Origin: Candidatus Vampirococcus lugosii
GTDB taxonomy: Bacteria; Patescibacteriota; Gracilibacteria; Absconditabacterales; Absconditicoccaceae
NCBI RefSeq assembly: GCF_018420025.1
Contig: NZ_JAEDAM010000031.1
Span: 1 to 12,184 of the forward strand
Reading direction: 5' to 3'
DNA: 12,184 nucleotides
This document shows, piece after piece, positions 10,138-12,184 of the stretch; the stretch's first letter is position 1, and every line of letters begins with the position of its first letter. The notes beneath the pieces were generated by a model. The model had not been told where the DNA came from and did not search any database. It worked only from the letters and a program-made list of their open reading frames with translations. The position numbers and the translations under genes are program-made.

Positions 10138-10213
10138 TATATATAATTAAAATAATATTATTTTCAATAGAATTTATATTTTTTTTAAAATTATTTTGAA
10201 TTTTGTAGTATTA

Positions 10214-11038
10214 TTAAAATAATGTATCAAAAGGATTCTCTATTTTATCTAAACTTGGATTTGTAATATGAGTATATATTTGAGTAGTTTTTATATTACT
10301 GTGTCAAAGTAGTTCTTGAATATATTTTATATCTACTCAATTTTCAAGTAAATGTGTAGCATATGAATGTCTAAGTGTATGAGGAGTAACATTTTTCATA
10401 ATTCATGCTTTTTTAGATGCATTTTTTACAATATTTTGTATACTTTTGTCGCTATATATATAATTTCATTCTCAGGGGAACAATAATTCATTTGGTTTAT
10501 ATTTTTTATAATATATTTTTAATAATTTTAATATTTCTTTTGAAAGAGGAATTGTTCTATCTTTTGCTCATTTTGATTTTTTAATATATATTTTCATTCT
10601 TTTTGAATCTATATTTTCTATTTTTAGATGTATAAGTTCTGATAATCTAAGTCATCAAGAATATATAAGAGATACTATAGTTTTATGTTTTAAATTATCT
10701 ATACTTTCAATAAGTTTTTTAACTTCTTCTTTTGATAATACATTTGGAATTTTATTTTCTTTTCCTCTAGGTTTAATATAACTAAAATCATATTTTTTTC
10801 AGAGAAATTCATTATAATATAGTGTAATAGCTCAAATAATTTGTTTTTGAAATGAAATTGAAATACCTTTTTTAACTTGGATATTGACATAATTATAAAT
10901 TTCTTTTTTTGTTAATTTTGTATTGTCTAAATAATGATTAAATAATTTCATTAAAATGCTTGTATAAGTTTTTATAGTATTTTTGGAATATTTTTTTATA
11001 TGTAACCATTCACTAAAATTATTAATTTCTTCTCACAT
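10214..11038 (-). CDS. Tyrosine recombinase / integrase, XerC/XerD-like (274 aa, table 25)
   Basis: The hand translation shows an N-terminal SAM-like domain (FSEWLHIKKYSKNTIKTYTSIL...QKQIIGAITLYYNEF). The catalytic motifs are LIYSGGLRLSELIHLKIENID (Arg I), KGAKDRTIPL, and [38 protein letters not shown] (H-x-x-R, LLGH and the nucleophile Tyr). The second codon is TGA. The track ORF 10699..10890 is an off-frame artefact inside this gene. Confidence 0.9.
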
Positions 11039-11081
11039 AAATATTCGTATAACAATCTAAAATAGATTAAAAAAACGATCT

Positions 11082-11107
11082 TATTGATTTTTAGAGAGAA
11101 ATCAATA
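11082..11107. repeat. Inverted repeat (9-bp arms, 8-nt loop) in the divergent recombinase/lipoprotein intergenic region; a second small palindrome lies at 11054-11068
   Basis: Read directly: tattgattt (11082-11090) pairs with aaatcaata (11099-11107). In addition, aatcta-aaa-tagatt forms a palindrome at 11054-11068. Confidence 0.6.
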
Positions 11108-11150
11108 TATTTTTGTTATGTGAAATAATTTATTTTTTAATTTTACTACT

Positions 11151-11396
11151 ATGAAAAAAACTATGGTAATTTTATTTCTTGCTCTATTAATAATTACAGG
11201 CTGTTCATCTCAAAAAAATATTACTAATAAAAATCAAGATTTATCTCCTGCTGAGCAATATTGTTTATCAAAAGGTGGAAAAATTGAGGTTCATAAACCT
11301 GATGAAAAGGAAAATAAAGTATGTTTTATAAATGATGGTCTTGATGGTATCAGGTGTAATGTTGATTTATTTTTTGAGAAGAAGTGTGGTCATTAA
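11151..11396 (+). CDS. Small lipoprotein with DUF333-like (COG3042 'putative hemolysin') domain, 81 aa, no TGA
   Basis: This is a standard-code ORF from the track. The signal peptide plus lipobox is MKKTMVILFLALLIITG|C. The mature part, SPAEQYCLSKGGKIEV...KVCFINDG...RCNVDLFFEKKCG, matches the DUF333 pattern N-P-A-x-x-Y-C-x-x-x-G-G ... C-x-x-x-D-G ... C-x-x-W-x-x-F-x-x-x-C. All 6 Gly are GGN. Confidence 0.8.
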   Translation: MKKTMVILFLALLIITGCSSQKNITNKNQDLSPAEQYCLSKGGKIEVHKPDEKENKVCFINDGLDGIRCNVDLFFEKKCGH

Positions 11397-11444
11397 AAAA
11401 TAAAAAAATGCTTTTGTATAAGGAGTAAAAATATCTTTTTAAAA

Positions 11445-11635
11445 CTCAAGGGGGCGTTGCACTTATTTTTTCTTCCGTTTCTCTACAGAAAAAACACCCT
11501 CGCCTAACACAGTATATCTAGCTCTCTCGTGCCCTCGCTCGACCCATATTTGCTTCCATAAATTAAATTGATAAAATGGAATGGAAGCAAACATCAGATA
11601 TACTGAAACGTTGTGTGAAATAAGTTTTGAGCCCT
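11445..11635 (+). other. GC-enriched non-coding element built of nested perfect inverted repeats (structured RNA, or a MITE- or recombination-site-like DNA element); identity unknown
   Basis: Four nested helices were read directly:
- 11445-11449 with 11627-11631 (5 bp).
- 11461-11468 with 11618-11625 (8 bp).
- 11510-11519 with 11596-11605 (10 bp).
- 11549-11559 with 11581-11591 (11 bp, with a 21-nt AT loop).
The element also has a CCCTCGC direct repeat at 11497-11503 and 11532-11538. No ORF exists on either strand under table 11 or table 25. The strand assignment is arbitrary. Confidence 0.4.
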
Positions 11636-11654
11636 AAATCGGAAAGTTTATAAT
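11627..11654 (+). promoter_or_regulatory. Candidate sigma70-type promoter for the HIT gene
   Basis: TTGAGC (11627-11632) is followed by a 16-nt spacer and TATAAT (11649-11654). This lies 25 nt upstream of the ATG at 11680. The -35 element overlaps the outer arm of the nested-repeat element. Confidence 0.35.
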
Positions 11655-11679
11655 AATTTAAATCTCTTAATTTTTTATT

Positions 11680-12177
11680 ATGGCAAACTACAAGTCATCA
11701 ACAGACGAAGGAAAATGTATCTTTTGTGAAATTATAAAAGGCAATATCCAAACTCCTGGAATTTTTTGGGAAGATAACGAGTTTATGGCATTTTTATCAA
11801 CATGGCCAAGTGTTGAAGGTTTTACTGTTGTAGTTCCAAAAGAACATTATGGCAGCGATTGTTTAGCACTGCCAGATGATGTTTTGCAAAGATTTATTTT
11901 AGCAACGAAAAAAGTTTCCAATGTTCTTTTGAAAAATTTTGATGATGTTGGTAGGGTTGGTCTAATTATGGAAGGAACTGGTGTTGACCATGCCCACATA
12001 AAACTCGTTCCAATGCACGGAACAGGTCATATGAAAAAAGGAGTTTGGAAACAATATCTTAGCGGAAGGTCAGATTATTTTGAAACATATGAAGGATATA
12101 TAATTTCAACAGATGGTCCAAAAGCAAATCCAGAAAAAATAAGAGATTTAGCAAAAAAATTAAGAGATGCTCAATAA
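11680..12177 (+). CDS. HIT-family (histidine triad) protein, 165 aa, no TGA
   Basis: This is a standard-code ORF from the track. It has the N-terminal C-I-F-C-E-I motif and a triad region GVDHAHIKLVP, which is an H-x-H-x-K variant of H-x-H-x-H-x-x. All 15 Gly are GGN and its 3 Trp are TGG. GC is visibly higher than in the left 11 kb: individual 60-nt lines run 30-45%. Confidence 0.9.
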   Translation: MANYKSSTDEGKCIFCEIIKGNIQTPGIFWEDNEFMAFLSTWPSVEGFTVVVPKEHYGSDCLALPDDVLQRFILATKKVSNVLLKNFDDVGRVGLIMEGTGVDHAHIKLVPMHGTGHMKKGVWKQYLSGRSDYFETYEGYIISTDGPKANPEKIRDLAKKLRDAQ

Positions 12178-12184
12178 CGGGCTC

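Noticed and set aside
10139-10167. A promoter for rnpB (TTGAAA plus an A/T-only -10 region), considered as a reportable feature
   Set aside because: The -10 element cannot be placed unambiguously in a run of alternating A/T, and the RNA 5' end is only inferred from P1 pairing. It is mentioned in a finding but not listed as a feature.
1100-10200. Reading the 9-kb ORF-poor stretch as a pseudogene graveyard, non-coding DNA or a eukaryote-like region
   Set aside because: Each of the eight reading frames is completely free of TAA and TAG over 0.5-2.7 kb, while TGA is abundant. The products carry intact catalytic motifs from five well-known families. Decay would scatter all three stop codons and frameshifts.
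10699-10890. Track ORF 10699..10890 (-), 63 aa
   Set aside because: It lies on the same strand as the recombinase gene but out of frame with it. The correct frame, with TGA read as sense, gives a full XerC/D-like protein with all catalytic motifs.
1-11038. Translation table 4 (TGA=Trp, Mycoplasma or Spiroplasma type)
   Set aside because: The TGA positions coincide with invariant Gly (GIDPG, LLGH, HRG, EAGTPN, GGMG, GSDFDG). TGG is still used at conserved Trp positions. Reading TGA as Trp would give ~10% Trp and under 1% Gly in the 913-aa protein.
11421-11427. AAGGAGT, the only Shine-Dalgarno-like motif in the window, as the signal for a small unannotated ORF
   Set aside because: No ATG, GTG or TTG lies at a suitable distance downstream, and every downstream frame hits a stop within a few codons.
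11449-11640. tmRNA, small SRP RNA, 6S RNA, tRNA or a riboswitch as the identity of the GC-rich intergenic element
   Set aside because: It starts GGGGGC and contains GGAAGCA. However, it lacks a T-arm or CCA end (tmRNA). The GGAAGCA sits in a perfect 11-bp stem rather than in SRP domain-IV loops. The two sides are too asymmetric for 6S RNA. No riboswitch core I know matches. It is kept as an unassigned element.

Overview
This is a very AT-rich bacterial chromosomal fragment, roughly low-20s % GC by eye. Standard-code ORF calling sees almost nothing in it: between ~1.1 and ~10.2 kb the supplied table-11 track holds only short artefacts. If only TAA and TAG are treated as stops, positions 1-11038 resolve into nine tightly packed genes. 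In these genes, in-frame TGA sits on invariant glycine positions while Trp is still TGG. This is translation table 25, the Gracilibacteria / Absconditabacteria (SR1) code.

Gene order:
- A 5'-truncated surface protein on the + strand, with an acidic tandem repeat and SLH-like repeats, followed by a bidirectional terminator.
- Then, all on the minus strand: a 913-aa secreted Gly/Asn-rich protein behind a consensus sigma70 promoter; ruvC; a polytopic membrane protein; a SufS-type cysteine desulfurase; an Asp/Glu-family racemase; an M19 dipeptidase; and an unassignable 458-aa protein.
- A type-A RNase P RNA (rnpB), also on the minus strand.
- An XerC/D-like tyrosine recombinase.

Right of the recombinase (11.04-12.18 kb) the sequence changes character. 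GC is higher, and two + strand genes (a DUF333-like lipoprotein and a HIT-family protein) have no TGA at all and write all 21 glycines as GGN. Between them lies a GC-enriched ~190-nt element built from nested perfect inverted repeats.

The main points of interest are the recoding, the codon-usage and composition break next to the recombinase, the nested-repeat element, rnpB packed against an operon, and a translationally coupled dipeptidase-racemase pair.

All translations were done by hand and no database search was possible. Family calls rest on recognised motifs only.
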